The notes under the pieces are model-generated. The model was not told the DNA's origin. It worked only from the letters and a program-made list of their open reading frames with translations, and searched no databases. From Vicinamibacteria bacterium (GTDB taxonomy: Bacteria; Acidobacteriota; Vicinamibacteria; Marinacidobacterales; Marinacidobacteraceae), in the NCBI GenBank assembly GCA_965199715.1, contig OZ241322.1, positions 1,792,001 through 1,856,000 on the forward strand: a stretch of DNA of 64,000 bases. Reading direction: 5' to 3'. This document shows, piece after piece, positions 33,430-42,867 of the stretch. The stretch's first letter is position 1; every line of letters starts with the position of its first letter. The position numbers were made by a program, and so were the translations under genes.

Positions 33430-35351
33430 AGCGAACGAAGCCCGCCGCGCCGCCGCCGAGCCTGTTCAGCCAGCCGGCTCCGGCTCCGCCGCCGGAGCCG
33501 CCCCCGTCCGCGCCGGCCGGCCGGATGCGGTTCCGGATCCTGTTGGGGATGGGATGCTTCGCGCTGTGGGCCGCGGTCGTGGTCGGGCGGCTCTTCGACG
33601 TGCAGGTCGTGCGGCACGACGAGATGGCCGGCCGCGCGGTCCGGCAGCGGGAGGCCCGGCTGACGATCCCGCCGCGGCGCGGCGAAGTGCTCGACCGTAG
33701 CGGCCATCCGCTCGCCATGACCATCATGCGGGACTCGCTCTACGCGGTTCCCGGCCGGTATGAGCCGGAGGAGATCCGCGCCGCGGCGCGGGAGCTCGGG
33801 AAGTGCCTCGGCGTTCCCTCCAGCCGGATCGCCCGGATGCTCCGTCGCGACTCGCGTTTCTCGTGGCTCAAGCGCCGAGCCACTCCGCCCGAGTCGGAGT
33901 GCGCCCAGGCCAGCGCCTGGCCGGTCGGTGTCATCGAGGAGTACGGGCGCGCCTGGCCAAGCGGGGCGCTCGCCGCGCACGTCCTCGGCTTCGTGGGAAC
34001 CGAGAACACGGGCCTCGCCGGGATCGAGAGCGCGTGGGACGACGCGCTTCGGGGCGAGCCGGGGATGCTTCTTCTCGCGACCGACGGCCGCCGCACGAGC
34101 CACGCGAGCCGGGTCGGCACGCCGTCCCGCCCCGGACGCGACCTCCAGTTGACCCTCGACCTGCGGCTGCAGTCGATCCTCGAGGAGGAGCTGGCGCGGG
34201 GTCTCGAGGAGATCGACGCCACGCACGGCGCGGTGATCCTCGTGGAGACGCGCACCGGCGACGTTCTCGGGATGGCCAGCGCGCCCGCCTTCCATCCGGC
34301 GCGCTACCAGGGAGTCCCGGCCGCCGACCGCGCCAACCGGGCGGTCGCGCACGTGTACGAGCCCGGCTCGGTCTTCAAGATGGTCACCATCGCCGCCGCC
34401 CTCAACGAGGGGGTCGCCCACGAGTCCGAGGTCTTCGACACCAACAACGGCCGGTGGCCCATCGGCCGCCGCCTGATCCGCGACTGGAAGCCGCTCGGAA
34501 CCCTCACGCTCGAGGACGTGTTCGCCCAGTCGTCGAACATCGGCACGCTCCAGGTCGCCGAGCGCGTGGGGTCGGAAGCGCTGAGCGACTACATCCGGGC
34601 CTTCGGGTTCGGCGCGCGCACCGGCCTCGGCCTCGGGGGCGAGGGTCGGGGGCTCCTCCCCGGCTCTGCCCCGTGGCGGCAGATCCGGCTGGCCACGGTC
34701 TCCTTCGGCCAGGGCATCGCGGTGACTGCGGCGCAGATGGCCCAGGCCGCCAACGTGTTCGCCGGCGACGGAATGCTGCGCCCGCTGCGTCTCGTCCAGT
34801 CGGTCGGCGGCGTTCCGTTGGCCCCGGGGCCCGAGCGGCGGGTCCTCGACGAGGCGACCGCGGGACGGATGCGAAGCCTCATGGAGCGGGTCGTGGACGA
34901 GGGAACCGGATCCGCCGCGTCGGTAGCGGGTTTCCGCATCGCGGGCAAGACCGGAACGGCGCAGCGTGCGGTTCCCGGCGGCTACTCGGATGTGGACTAC
35001 ATCTCGACCTTCGCCGGGTTCGCCCCCGCCGACGAGCCGCTGTTCACCGCCGTGGTGATGCTGGAGGCCCAGAAGCCGCGCCACAGCGGGGCCTTCGCCG
35101 CCCGAGTGTTCGGGAGGATCGCCGCGCGGGCGCTGTGGCGGCGCCGCCGGACCGGCGAGGAGTCGGAACGGGTCGTCCGCTCGCCCTTCCACCGCGATCC
35201 GGCTCGTCTCGCGCGGGTCGCCGCGGGCGGGCCCGACCCCTCGCTTCGGGGCCGACTCGCCCGCTCGATCGCCGGGGACGATGGGGTTCGCACCGCGGCC
35301 GCGGAGGAAGGCCTTCTGACCCTCGTCGGGGACAGGCGCCCCGAGCCGTGA
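33426..35351 (+). CDS. ftsI: Class B PBP, septal transpeptidase
   Basis: RRGEVLDR, YEPGSVFK (SxxK), SSN, GKTGT. Confidence 0.93.
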   Translation: MKRTKPAAPPPSLFSQPAPAPPPEPPPSAPAGRMRFRILLGMGCFALWAAVVVGRLFDVQVVRHDEMAGRAVRQREARLTIPPRRGEVLDRSGHPLAMTIMRDSLYAVPGRYEPEEIRAAARELGKCLGVPSSRIARMLRRDSRFSWLKRRATPPESECAQASAWPVGVIEEYGRAWPSGALAAHVLGFVGTENTGLAGIESAWDDALRGEPGMLLLATDGRRTSHASRVGTPSRPGRDLQLTLDLRLQSILEEELARGLEEIDATHGAVILVETRTGDVLGMASAPAFHPARYQGVPAADRANRAVAHVYEPGSVFKMVTIAAALNEGVAHESEVFDTNNGRWPIGRRLIRDWKPLGTLTLEDVFAQSSNIGTLQVAERVGSEALSDYIRAFGFGARTGLGLGGEGRGLLPGSAPWRQIRLATVSFGQGIAVTAAQMAQAANVFAGDGMLRPLRLVQSVGGVPLAPGPERRVLDEATAGRMRSLMERVVDEGTGSAASVAGFRIAGKTGTAQRAVPGGYSDVDYISTFAGFAPADEPLFTAVVMLEAQKPRHSGAFAARVFGRIAARALWRRRRTGEESERVVRSPFHRDPARLARVAAGGPDPSLRGRLARSIAGDDGVRTAAAEEGLLTLVGDRRPEP

Positions 35352-36883
35352 CCCCGTCCGTCGCGCACCCGCCGCGCCGGCTGGGCGTTCTTGTCTCCGG
35401 GGAGTGGCCCGAGGTCTCCCCGGGGGGCGAGGACACGATGATCGGCGGGATCGCCAGCGACTCGCGCGACGTCCGTCCGGGGGATCTGTTCGTCGCAATC
35501 CGGGGCGGAAGCCACGACGGCCACGAGTTCGTGCCCGCCGCGCTTGAGGCCGGGGCCGCCGCGATCCTCGTGGAGCGGGTGCCCGAGGACGTCGCCGTCC
35601 CGTGGGCCCGGGTGCGGGACACGCGCTGGTCGCTCGGCTCGGTCGCGGCGGTGTTTTACGGGGATCCCTCCGGGGCGATGACCCTCGCCGGGGTCACTGG
35701 GACCAACGGCAAGACCACGACCTGCTGGCTCTTGGACGAAGCGTTCTTCCGCCTCGCCGGGGCGAGCCTGCTCGCCGGGACGCTCGGATCGCGCCTTCGC
35801 TCCGGCGAGCGCCGGACCCGCGGCGAGGCCGGGCTCACCACCGGATCGCCGGTCGAGCTGCAGGCGTTTCTCGCCGAGGGCCGCCGCCGGGGCTGCGCCT
35901 TCGGGGTCGTCGAGTGCTCGTCGCACGGACTCCATCAGGGGCGCCTCCAGGGGACCTTCTTCCGCGCCGCGGTGTTCACCAACCTGACCCCGGAGCACCT
36001 CGACTACCACGGCGACCTCGACGCGTACTACCGGGCCAAGCGCCTGCTCTTCAGCGAGCATCTGCGCGGCGGGGGGATCGCCGTCATCGGGATCGACGAC
36101 CCGCACGGAGCCCGCCTCGCGGAAGACGTGGCGGAGCGCCGCCCCGACGTGATCCTCGCGACGTTCGGGTTCGACCCCGCCGCGACCGTCCGGATCCTCG
36201 AGAATCGGTCCGCCGGCGACGCGCAAACCGTTCGCCTCGGGACGCCGGCGGGCGAGCAGATCCTCGAGACGGCCATGCCCGGCGCGTTCGCCGCGAGGAA
36301 TCTCGCGGGCGCGTGGGCCGCGCTCTTCAACCTCGACTTCGCGCCCGAGGAAGTGACCGCCGCGCTCTCGGGCGCGCCGGCGCCGCCGGGACGGATGGAG
36401 CCGGTGCGGCTGGAGGAGCAGGCCGACGCGCCGCTCGTCCTCGTCGATTTCGCTCATTCGCCCGACGCGCTCGAGCAGGCGTTGCGGGCCGCTCGCGACC
36501 TGGCCGGCGCCGGCCGCCTGTGGACGGTGTTCGGCTGCGGTGGCGAGCGGGATCCGGGCAAGCGCGCCCCGATGGGCCGCCTCGCCGCCTCGCTGGCCGA
36601 CCGGGTGGTCCTGACCGCCGACAACTCCCGCAGCGAGGATCCGGAGCGGATCGTGGCCGCAGTCCGCGAAGGCGCCGAGGCCGAGCGCCCCGGTTCGGTG
36701 ACCGCCTGCGAGCTCGAGCGCCGGGACGCGATCCGGTACGCGGTCCGCGAGGCCGCCCCCGAGGACGTGGTGCTCGTCGCCGGGCGCGGCGCCGAGACCC
36801 ACCAGCACACGGCGCGCGGTCGCCTCCCCTGCGACGACCGCGACCTCGTGAGGGACGCGCTGCGCGAGGAGGCCCGCCGGTGA
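35348..36883 (+). CDS. murE: UDP-MurNAc-tripeptide synthetase
   Basis: DSR, GVTGTNGKTT, ECSSH, FTNLTPEHLDYH, VDFAH, FGCGG.RD. Confidence 0.94.
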   Translation: MTPSVAHPPRRLGVLVSGEWPEVSPGGEDTMIGGIASDSRDVRPGDLFVAIRGGSHDGHEFVPAALEAGAAAILVERVPEDVAVPWARVRDTRWSLGSVAAVFYGDPSGAMTLAGVTGTNGKTTTCWLLDEAFFRLAGASLLAGTLGSRLRSGERRTRGEAGLTTGSPVELQAFLAEGRRRGCAFGVVECSSHGLHQGRLQGTFFRAAVFTNLTPEHLDYHGDLDAYYRAKRLLFSEHLRGGGIAVIGIDDPHGARLAEDVAERRPDVILATFGFDPAATVRILENRSAGDAQTVRLGTPAGEQILETAMPGAFAARNLAGAWAALFNLDFAPEEVTAALSGAPAPPGRMEPVRLEEQADAPLVLVDFAHSPDALEQALRAARDLAGAGRLWTVFGCGGERDPGKRAPMGRLAASLADRVVLTADNSRSEDPERIVAAVREGAEAERPGSVTACELERRDAIRYAVREAAPEDVVLVAGRGAETHQHTARGRLPCDDRDLVRDALREEARR

Positions 36884-38253
36884 CGTTCTCCGCTGGACCC
36901 GCCGCCGCGGCCATGGGCGGCGTCCTCGAAGGACCCGACGCGCCCTGCGACGGCGGGTCCATCGACAGCCGGATGATCCGCGCGGGCCAGCTCTTCTTCG
37001 CGATCCGCGGCGCCCGCGACGGCCACGACTACGTGGAGGCGGCGCTTCGGGCCGGAGCCGCCGGGGCGGTCGTCGAGCGCGAGGTCGCAGTCGCGCCCGG
37101 GCTGGATCAGTTCTTGATCCGGGCGCCCGACTCCACCGCGGCGCTCGGCGCGCTCGCCCGCAGTCTCCGGCTGGACGCCGCCGTGGAAGTCGCCGCCATC
37201 ACCGGCAGCGTGGGCAAGACGACCACCCGTACGGTCGCCGCCCGCGCGCTCGGATCCCGCAGCCGGGTGTTCGAGAGTCCGGCCAACTGGAACAACCACC
37301 TCGGCGTCCCGCTCTCGATCCTCGCCGCCGGGGACGAGGAGACGTGGGTCATGGAGCTCGCGATGTCGGCGCCCGGCGAGATCCGGGGCCTGACCCGCAT
37401 CGCAGTTCCCGACTGCGGGCTCGTGACGGCGGTGAGTCCGGTGCACCTCGACGGCCTCGGCAGCATCGAGGCGGTCGCCGACGCCAAGGGAGAGCTCTTC
37501 GAATCGCTGCCGGCGGAGTCCACTGCCGTGGTCCGCGCCGACGATCCGCGGGTCCTCGCCCAGGCGGACCGGTTCGCCGGGCACCGGATCACCTTCGGCT
37601 TCCAGGAGGACGTGGACGTCCGCGGCCGGGGCTACGAACGCACGGCGGACGGGCTGCAGTTCGAGGCCCGCGCCTTCGGCGGACCGTGGACGACCGTCCG
37701 CTGCGGCCTCACCGGGGCCCACAACGCCGGAAACGTCCTCGCCGGGCTCGCCGTCGCGGTCGCTATGGGCGCCCCGCTGAGCAAGGCCGTCGCCGCGGTC
37801 GCCACGCTCGGTCCGCTCCCCGGACGCGGCGCACGGGCGACGCTCGCCGGCGGCGCGGTCGCGGTCGATGAGACCTACAACTCGAGTCCGGCGGCGCTCA
37901 TGGCGGCGATCGAAGACCTCGCCGCGACTCCCGCCTCCCGCCGCATCCTCGTGGCGGGCGACATGCGGGAACTGGGGAGCGAGAGCGAGGGCTTCCACGC
38001 CCGGTGCGGCCGGCATGCCGCCGAGGCCGGCCTCGACCGGGTGGTCGGCGTGGGGTCGCTGGGGCGCCGGCTCGCCGAGGCCGCCGGGAGCGCCGGAGTC
38101 CCGATGTGCGCGTTCGACTCGCCGGACGACGCGGCGGACGCGCTGCGCGGGGAACTGCGCGAGGGAGACGTGGCGCTCTTCAAGGCGTCGAGAGCCATGG
38201 GGCTGGAGCGGATCCTCCGCCAGCTCGAAGCGGCCCCGAAGGCGGAAGCCTGA
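36880..38253 (+). CDS. murF: UDP-MurNAc-pentapeptide synthetase
   Basis: ITGSVGKTT, NNHLGVP, DETYNSSP, GDMRELG, KASR. Confidence 0.94.
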   Translation: MTFSAGPAAAAMGGVLEGPDAPCDGGSIDSRMIRAGQLFFAIRGARDGHDYVEAALRAGAAGAVVEREVAVAPGLDQFLIRAPDSTAALGALARSLRLDAAVEVAAITGSVGKTTTRTVAARALGSRSRVFESPANWNNHLGVPLSILAAGDEETWVMELAMSAPGEIRGLTRIAVPDCGLVTAVSPVHLDGLGSIEAVADAKGELFESLPAESTAVVRADDPRVLAQADRFAGHRITFGFQEDVDVRGRGYERTADGLQFEARAFGGPWTTVRCGLTGAHNAGNVLAGLAVAVAMGAPLSKAVAAVATLGPLPGRGARATLAGGAVAVDETYNSSPAALMAAIEDLAATPASRRILVAGDMRELGSESEGFHARCGRHAAEAGLDRVVGVGSLGRRLAEAAGSAGVPMCAFDSPDDAADALRGELREGDVALFKASRAMGLERILRQLEAAPKAEA

Positions 38254-39332
38254 TGCTCGCGGACCTCCTCTACTCGTTCTCCGACCAGATCGGCGCGTTC
38301 AACGTCTTCCGCTACGTCACGGTGCGCACGGCCGGCGCCACGGTGACCGCGCTCACGCTTTCGCTCGGCCTCGGGCCGTGGCTCATCCGCCGGCTGCAGC
38401 GTCTCCAGATCGGCGAGCGCATCCGACCGGACGGCCCCAGCAGCCATCTCGCCAAGGCGGGCACCCCCACGATGGGAGGCGTGCTAGTCGTCGCGTCCAT
38501 CCTGGCGGGGACGATCCTCTGGGCGGACCTCGGGAACGCCCTGATCCAGGCGGCGATCTTCGCGACCTTCGGATACGCCGCGCTCGGCTTCTTCGACGAC
38601 TACCAGAAGCTCTCCGGCCGGGGCGGGCTGCGGGTCCTGCCCAAGCTGGGAGCGCAGATCGGCGTCGGCGCGCTGACCGGACTCTTCCTGCTGTGGCGCG
38701 CGTCGGCGGACGAGTTCACCACGCAGGTCGCGTTCCCGTTCTACAAGACCTTCCAGCCCGAGCTGGGATGGCTTCTGGTGCCGGCGGCCGCGCTCGTGCT
38801 GGTCGCGTCGTCGAACGCGGTGAACCTCACCGACGGGCTCGACGGCCTCGCGTCGGGCTGCGTCGTGGTCGCGGCGGCGGCGTTCGCGCTGCTCACCTAC
38901 GTGTCGGGGCACGCGGAGTTCTCCGACTACCTCGACATCGTGCACGTCCCCGGGGTCTCCGAAGTGACCGTGTTCGGCGCCGCGGTGGTGGGGGCCGCGC
39001 TCGGCTTCCTGTGGTTCAACGCCCATCCGGCGCAGGTGTTCATGGGGGACGTGGGTTCGCTCGCACTGGGCGCCGCGGTCGGGATCCAGGCGGTGCTCAT
39101 CCGCCAGGAAGTGCTGCTCGTCCTGGTCGGCGGGGTCTTCGTGGTCGAGGCGGCGTCGGTGCTGCTGCAGGTCGCGAGCTTCAAGCTGACCGGGCGGCGG
39201 CTCTTCCGCATGGCCCCGATCCACCACCACTTCGAGCTGCGGGGCTGGAAGGAAACCCAGATCAGCGTCCGTTTCTGGATTCTCGCCGCGCTGTGCGCGC
39301 TCGCGACGCTCACCACGCTCAAGCTGCGATGA
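38253..39332 (+). CDS. mraY: Phospho-MurNAc-pentapeptide transferase
   Basis: KAGTPTMGG, NAVNLTDGLDGL, FMGD, MAPIHHHFE. Confidence 0.97.
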   Translation: MLADLLYSFSDQIGAFNVFRYVTVRTAGATVTALTLSLGLGPWLIRRLQRLQIGERIRPDGPSSHLAKAGTPTMGGVLVVASILAGTILWADLGNALIQAAIFATFGYAALGFFDDYQKLSGRGGLRVLPKLGAQIGVGALTGLFLLWRASADEFTTQVAFPFYKTFQPELGWLLVPAAALVLVASSNAVNLTDGLDGLASGCVVVAAAAFALLTYVSGHAEFSDYLDIVHVPGVSEVTVFGAAVVGAALGFLWFNAHPAQVFMGDVGSLALGAAVGIQAVLIRQEVLLVLVGGVFVVEAASVLLQVASFKLTGRRLFRMAPIHHHFELRGWKETQISVRFWILAALCALATLTTLKLR

Positions 39333-39335
39333 GCG

Positions 39336-40715
39336 ATGACCTCCGATTGGCTGCCCGGTCCCCGGATTCTGGTTCTGGGAGCCGGCGCGAGCGGAACCGA
39401 GGCGGCGCGCTTCCTCCGGGCGGCGGGGCGCGAGGTGACGGTGGCGGACGACCTCCCCGAGTCGAAGCTCCCGAACGCGCCGAGGCTACGGGAATGGAGA
39501 GTCTCGGTCCGCCCGAGCGACGTCGGGCTTCTGGCGGATACGGACCTTGTCGTGGCGAGCCCGGGGGTGCCTCCCTCGGCTCCGCTCGTCGATGCGGCGC
39601 GGCGACGGGGGGTTCCGCTGTGGGGGGAGCTGGAGCTCGGCTACCGGGCGCTCGGCGAGCCGGCGGACCGGATCCTCGCGGTCACCGGGACGAAGGGGAA
39701 GTCCAGCACCGTCACCATGCTGGCGGCGGCGCTGCGGAACGCCGGGATGGACGCCCGCGCCGCCGGCAACCTTGGGACGCCGCTCACCGCGCTCGCCGGG
39801 ACGCTACCGGATGCGGCGCGCGTGGTGGTCGAGGCCTCGAGTTTCCAGCTCGCCGCGACCGAGCGCTTCCGCGCCGGGATCGCGGTGATGCTCGCGGTCA
39901 CCGAGGATCACCTCGACTGGCACCCGAACGTCGAGCACTACCGCGGATCCAAGGCGCGCCTTCTCGAGACGCAGGCCCCGGGGGACTGGGCCGTGTACGA
40001 CGGAGCGGATCCGGTGGCTGAATCCATCGCCCGGGCCGCCGCCGCCCGGACGGGCGCGTCGCTGCTCCCGTTCGGAGGGACTCCCGGAAGCGGCGATCCC
40101 GAAGTGGTTCTCGCCGACCGGCGGATCCGGTGGCGCGACGTCTCCGGGGAGCAAGTGCTGGCTGATCTGTCCGGCCTCGGACTTGCGGGCCCGCACCAGG
40201 GACGGAACCTCGCTGCGGCGGCCGCCGCCGCGACGCTCGCCGGCGCGGCCCGCTCCGCGATCGAGGCGGCCGCGGCCGGATTCGGCGGGCTGCCGCACGC
40301 GCTCGAGGAGCTTCCGCCGGTCGGCGGCGTGCGCTTCGTGAACGACTCGCGGGCCACCAACGTGGACGCGACCCGCGCGGCGCTGCGCGCGCTGCGCCTG
40401 TCCGGCGACCCCCGCGTCCACTTGATCCTCGGCGGGATCCTGAAGGGCGGCCGGTTCGCCGAGCTCGCGCCCGATCTCGGCGCGGTGGCCGTCGTCCACG
40501 CGATCGGCAGCGCGCGACCGCGCATCCTCCGGGAGCTCCCAGCGCGTCCGGCCGCTTCGCTCGACGAGGCGGTGGAGACCGCGTTCGCCGAGGCCGCGCC
40601 CGGCGACGTGGTGCTCCTCTCGCCCGGCTGCTCCAGCTTCGACGACTTCCGCGACTACCGGCACCGGGGCGAGCGGTTCCGCGCTCTCGCCGCGCGGGCG
40701 GGAGGCGGCCGGTGA
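39336..40715 (+). CDS. murD: UDP-MurNAc-L-Ala:D-Glu ligase
   Basis: SPGVP, VTGTKGKSST, EASSFQL, DHLDWH, NDSRATN, LLSPGCSSFD. Confidence 0.94.
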   Translation: MTSDWLPGPRILVLGAGASGTEAARFLRAAGREVTVADDLPESKLPNAPRLREWRVSVRPSDVGLLADTDLVVASPGVPPSAPLVDAARRRGVPLWGELELGYRALGEPADRILAVTGTKGKSSTVTMLAAALRNAGMDARAAGNLGTPLTALAGTLPDAARVVVEASSFQLAATERFRAGIAVMLAVTEDHLDWHPNVEHYRGSKARLLETQAPGDWAVYDGADPVAESIARAAAARTGASLLPFGGTPGSGDPEVVLADRRIRWRDVSGEQVLADLSGLGLAGPHQGRNLAAAAAAATLAGAARSAIEAAAAGFGGLPHALEELPPVGGVRFVNDSRATNVDATRAALRALRLSGDPRVHLILGGILKGGRFAELAPDLGAVAVVHAIGSARPRILRELPARPAASLDEAVETAFAEAAPGDVVLLSPGCSSFDDFRDYRHRGERFRALAARAGGGR

Positions 40716-41797
40716 AAACGCGCTCGGTGGCGCCCGACCCGCTGTTCTTCACGCTCACGGTGGGCCTCGCGCTCTTCGGGCTGGCCATGCTCTCGAGCGC
40801 CTCGGCGTTCGTCGCCGAGGCCGGGGGACGCGCCCCGACGTGGTTCGTCACGCGCCAGATCGTCTGGGCGGTCGCCGGCTTCGGGGTGATGGCCGCCTTG
40901 GCCCAGTTGGACTACCGCCGCCTCGACCGCCATTGGGTGATGATGGCGGCTCTCGCCGTCTCGGTCGCCGCGCTCGGCGCCGCGCTGCTGTCCGCGCCGC
41001 TGAACAACACGTGGCGCTGGATCCGCATCGGCGGCGTCGGCGTCCAGCCCTCGGAGTTCGTCAAGGTGGCGCTGGTGGTGATCCTCGCCCAGCAACTGGC
41101 GACCCGCGCCCCGGACCGCATCCGCGCGCTCGTGGTCCCGCTCGGCACCACCGGCCTTCTTGGAGGGATGGTGTTCTTGCAGCGCGACCTCGGCACGGCC
41201 ACGCTGCTCGTGCTGATCGGCGCGGCGATGCTCACCGTCGGCGGCGCCCGCATCCTCCATCTCACCGGGCTCGGCGGAATCTTCGCGGGCCTGTTCGCGC
41301 TGGGGGTGCTCGCCGACGGGTATCGGATGCGGCGGGTCCTGACCTTCATGGATCCGTTCCGCGATCCGCTCGGGGACGGGTTTCAGTTGACCCAGTCGCT
41401 GATCGCGCTGGGCGCGGGCGGGTTCACCGGAGTCGGCTTCGCCGGGAGCGAGCAGAAGCTGCTGTACCTCCCGGTGCCGCACGCCGACTTCATCTTCTCG
41501 GTGATCGGCGAGGAGCTCGGCTTCCTCGGCGCGGTCGCGGTCGTCCTGGCGTTCGGCGGGTGGGCCGTGCGCGGGCTCATCATCTCGATGCGCACCCCCG
41601 ACGCCTTCGGGAAGCTGCTGGGCGTGGGCGCGGTTCTCGCGGTGGGCTTCCAGGCGTTCCTCCACATCAGCGTCACGACCGGCCTCGTTCCGACAACCGG
41701 ACTCCCGCTTCCCTTCGTGTCCGCCGGCGGTTCGGCGCTCGTGAGTTCGCTCGCGGCGTCCGGCCTCGTGCTCTCCCTCTCGCGGGTGCACTCGTGA
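40712..41797 (+). CDS. ftsW: SEDS peptidoglycan polymerase FtsW
   Basis: RWI, QPSEF.K, DLG, DFIFSVIGEELG, GLPLPFVS.GGS. Confidence 0.95.
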   Translation: MKTRSVAPDPLFFTLTVGLALFGLAMLSSASAFVAEAGGRAPTWFVTRQIVWAVAGFGVMAALAQLDYRRLDRHWVMMAALAVSVAALGAALLSAPLNNTWRWIRIGGVGVQPSEFVKVALVVILAQQLATRAPDRIRALVVPLGTTGLLGGMVFLQRDLGTATLLVLIGAAMLTVGGARILHLTGLGGIFAGLFALGVLADGYRMRRVLTFMDPFRDPLGDGFQLTQSLIALGAGGFTGVGFAGSEQKLLYLPVPHADFIFSVIGEELGFLGAVAVVLAFGGWAVRGLIISMRTPDAFGKLLGVGAVLAVGFQAFLHISVTTGLVPTTGLPLPFVSAGGSALVSSLAASGLVLSLSRVHS

Positions 41798-42867
41798 CCG
41801 CTGCGCGCCGGTTCCTGTTCGCCGCGTCCGGGACGGGAGGCCACGTCTTCCCCGGGCTCGCGGTGGCCCGGGCCGCGTCGGAGAACGCGCGGATTCGCTT
41901 CGTGGGCGCGTCGCGGGGGATGGAGTCACGGCTCGTGCCCCCCGAGGGGTTCGATCTCACGCTGGTCGAGGTCCCGCCGCTGCGGGGAGGTTCGCCCGCG
42001 ACCCTGCTCCGCACCATGCCGCGGCTCGTCGCCGGCCTCCTGAAGATGTTCCGGCTCATCCGCAATTTCCGCCCCCACGCGATCTTCGGAACCGGCGGCG
42101 CGGTCTCCGGGGTGGCCGTGCTCGCCGGGCGGCTTGCCGGCGTGCCCTCGCTGGTGCTGGAGCCGAACGCCGAGCCCGGGCTCGCGACCCGCTGGAGCGC
42201 CCGGTTCACGACCGAGATCGCGATCGCGTGGGAAGACTCGCGGAAGCACTTCCCGCGCTCGGCGACGTTCGTCTCGGGGATTCCGGTGCGCGCCGAGTTC
42301 CTCGACGTGCCGGACCCGCCAGGGAAGGACGACGAGGTGGGCGTGCTCGTCACCGGCGGCAGTCAAGGGGCGGCGCGCTTGAACCGCCTCGTCCTCGAGG
42401 CGCTGCCGCTCCTCGCCGAGGCGCCGGTCCGGCTCCGCATCACCCACCAGACCGGACCCGCCGACGAGGACCGGGTGCGGTCGGCCTACGCCGAGCGGGG
42501 CGTTCCGGTGCGGGTCGCGCCCTTCCTCGACGACATGGCGGCCGAGCTCGCCGCCGCGGATCTCGTCGTGGGCCGCGCGGGCGCGATCACCTGCGCCGAG
42601 CTCGCCGCCGCCGGCCGCCCGGCGATCCTCGTTCCCGCGCCGGTCGCCGGGGCGCACCAGCACGGCAACGCGGCGACGCTCGAATCCGCGGGCGCGGCGC
42701 TCTCCCTCGCCGAATCGGCGTCCGGCGCCAGTTTCGCCCGCGCGCTGCTGGGCCTCGCCTCCGACGGCGAACGCCGCCGCCGGATGGGCGCCGCCGCACG
42801 CGGGCTCGCGCGGCCTTCTCCGGCGCGGACCCTCGTCCGTCGCCTTGACGCGCTGGCGGCCGCATGA
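41794..42867 (+). CDS. murG: Lipid II GlcNAc transferase
   Basis: SGTGGHVFP, GGSQGA, RAGA, HQ..NA. Confidence 0.95.
   Translation: MTAARRFLFAASGTGGHVFPGLAVARAASENARIRFVGASRGMESRLVPPEGFDLTLVEVPPLRGGSPATLLRTMPRLVAGLLKMFRLIRNFRPHAIFGTGGAVSGVAVLAGRLAGVPSLVLEPNAEPGLATRWSARFTTEIAIAWEDSRKHFPRSATFVSGIPVRAEFLDVPDPPGKDDEVGVLVTGGSQGAARLNRLVLEALPLLAEAPVRLRITHQTGPADEDRVRSAYAERGVPVRVAPFLDDMAAELAAADLVVGRAGAITCAELAAAGRPAILVPAPVAGAHQHGNAATLESAGAALSLAESASGASFARALLGLASDGERRRRMGAAARGLARPSPARTLVRRLDALAAA

Noticed and set aside
33803-38253. Apparent long N-terminal extensions of murE and murF (also ispE, rsmH, murG, rlmB and Gfo ORFs)
   Set aside because: The ORF caller ran through upstream genes in an off frame; real starts overlap or closely follow the upstream stop codons
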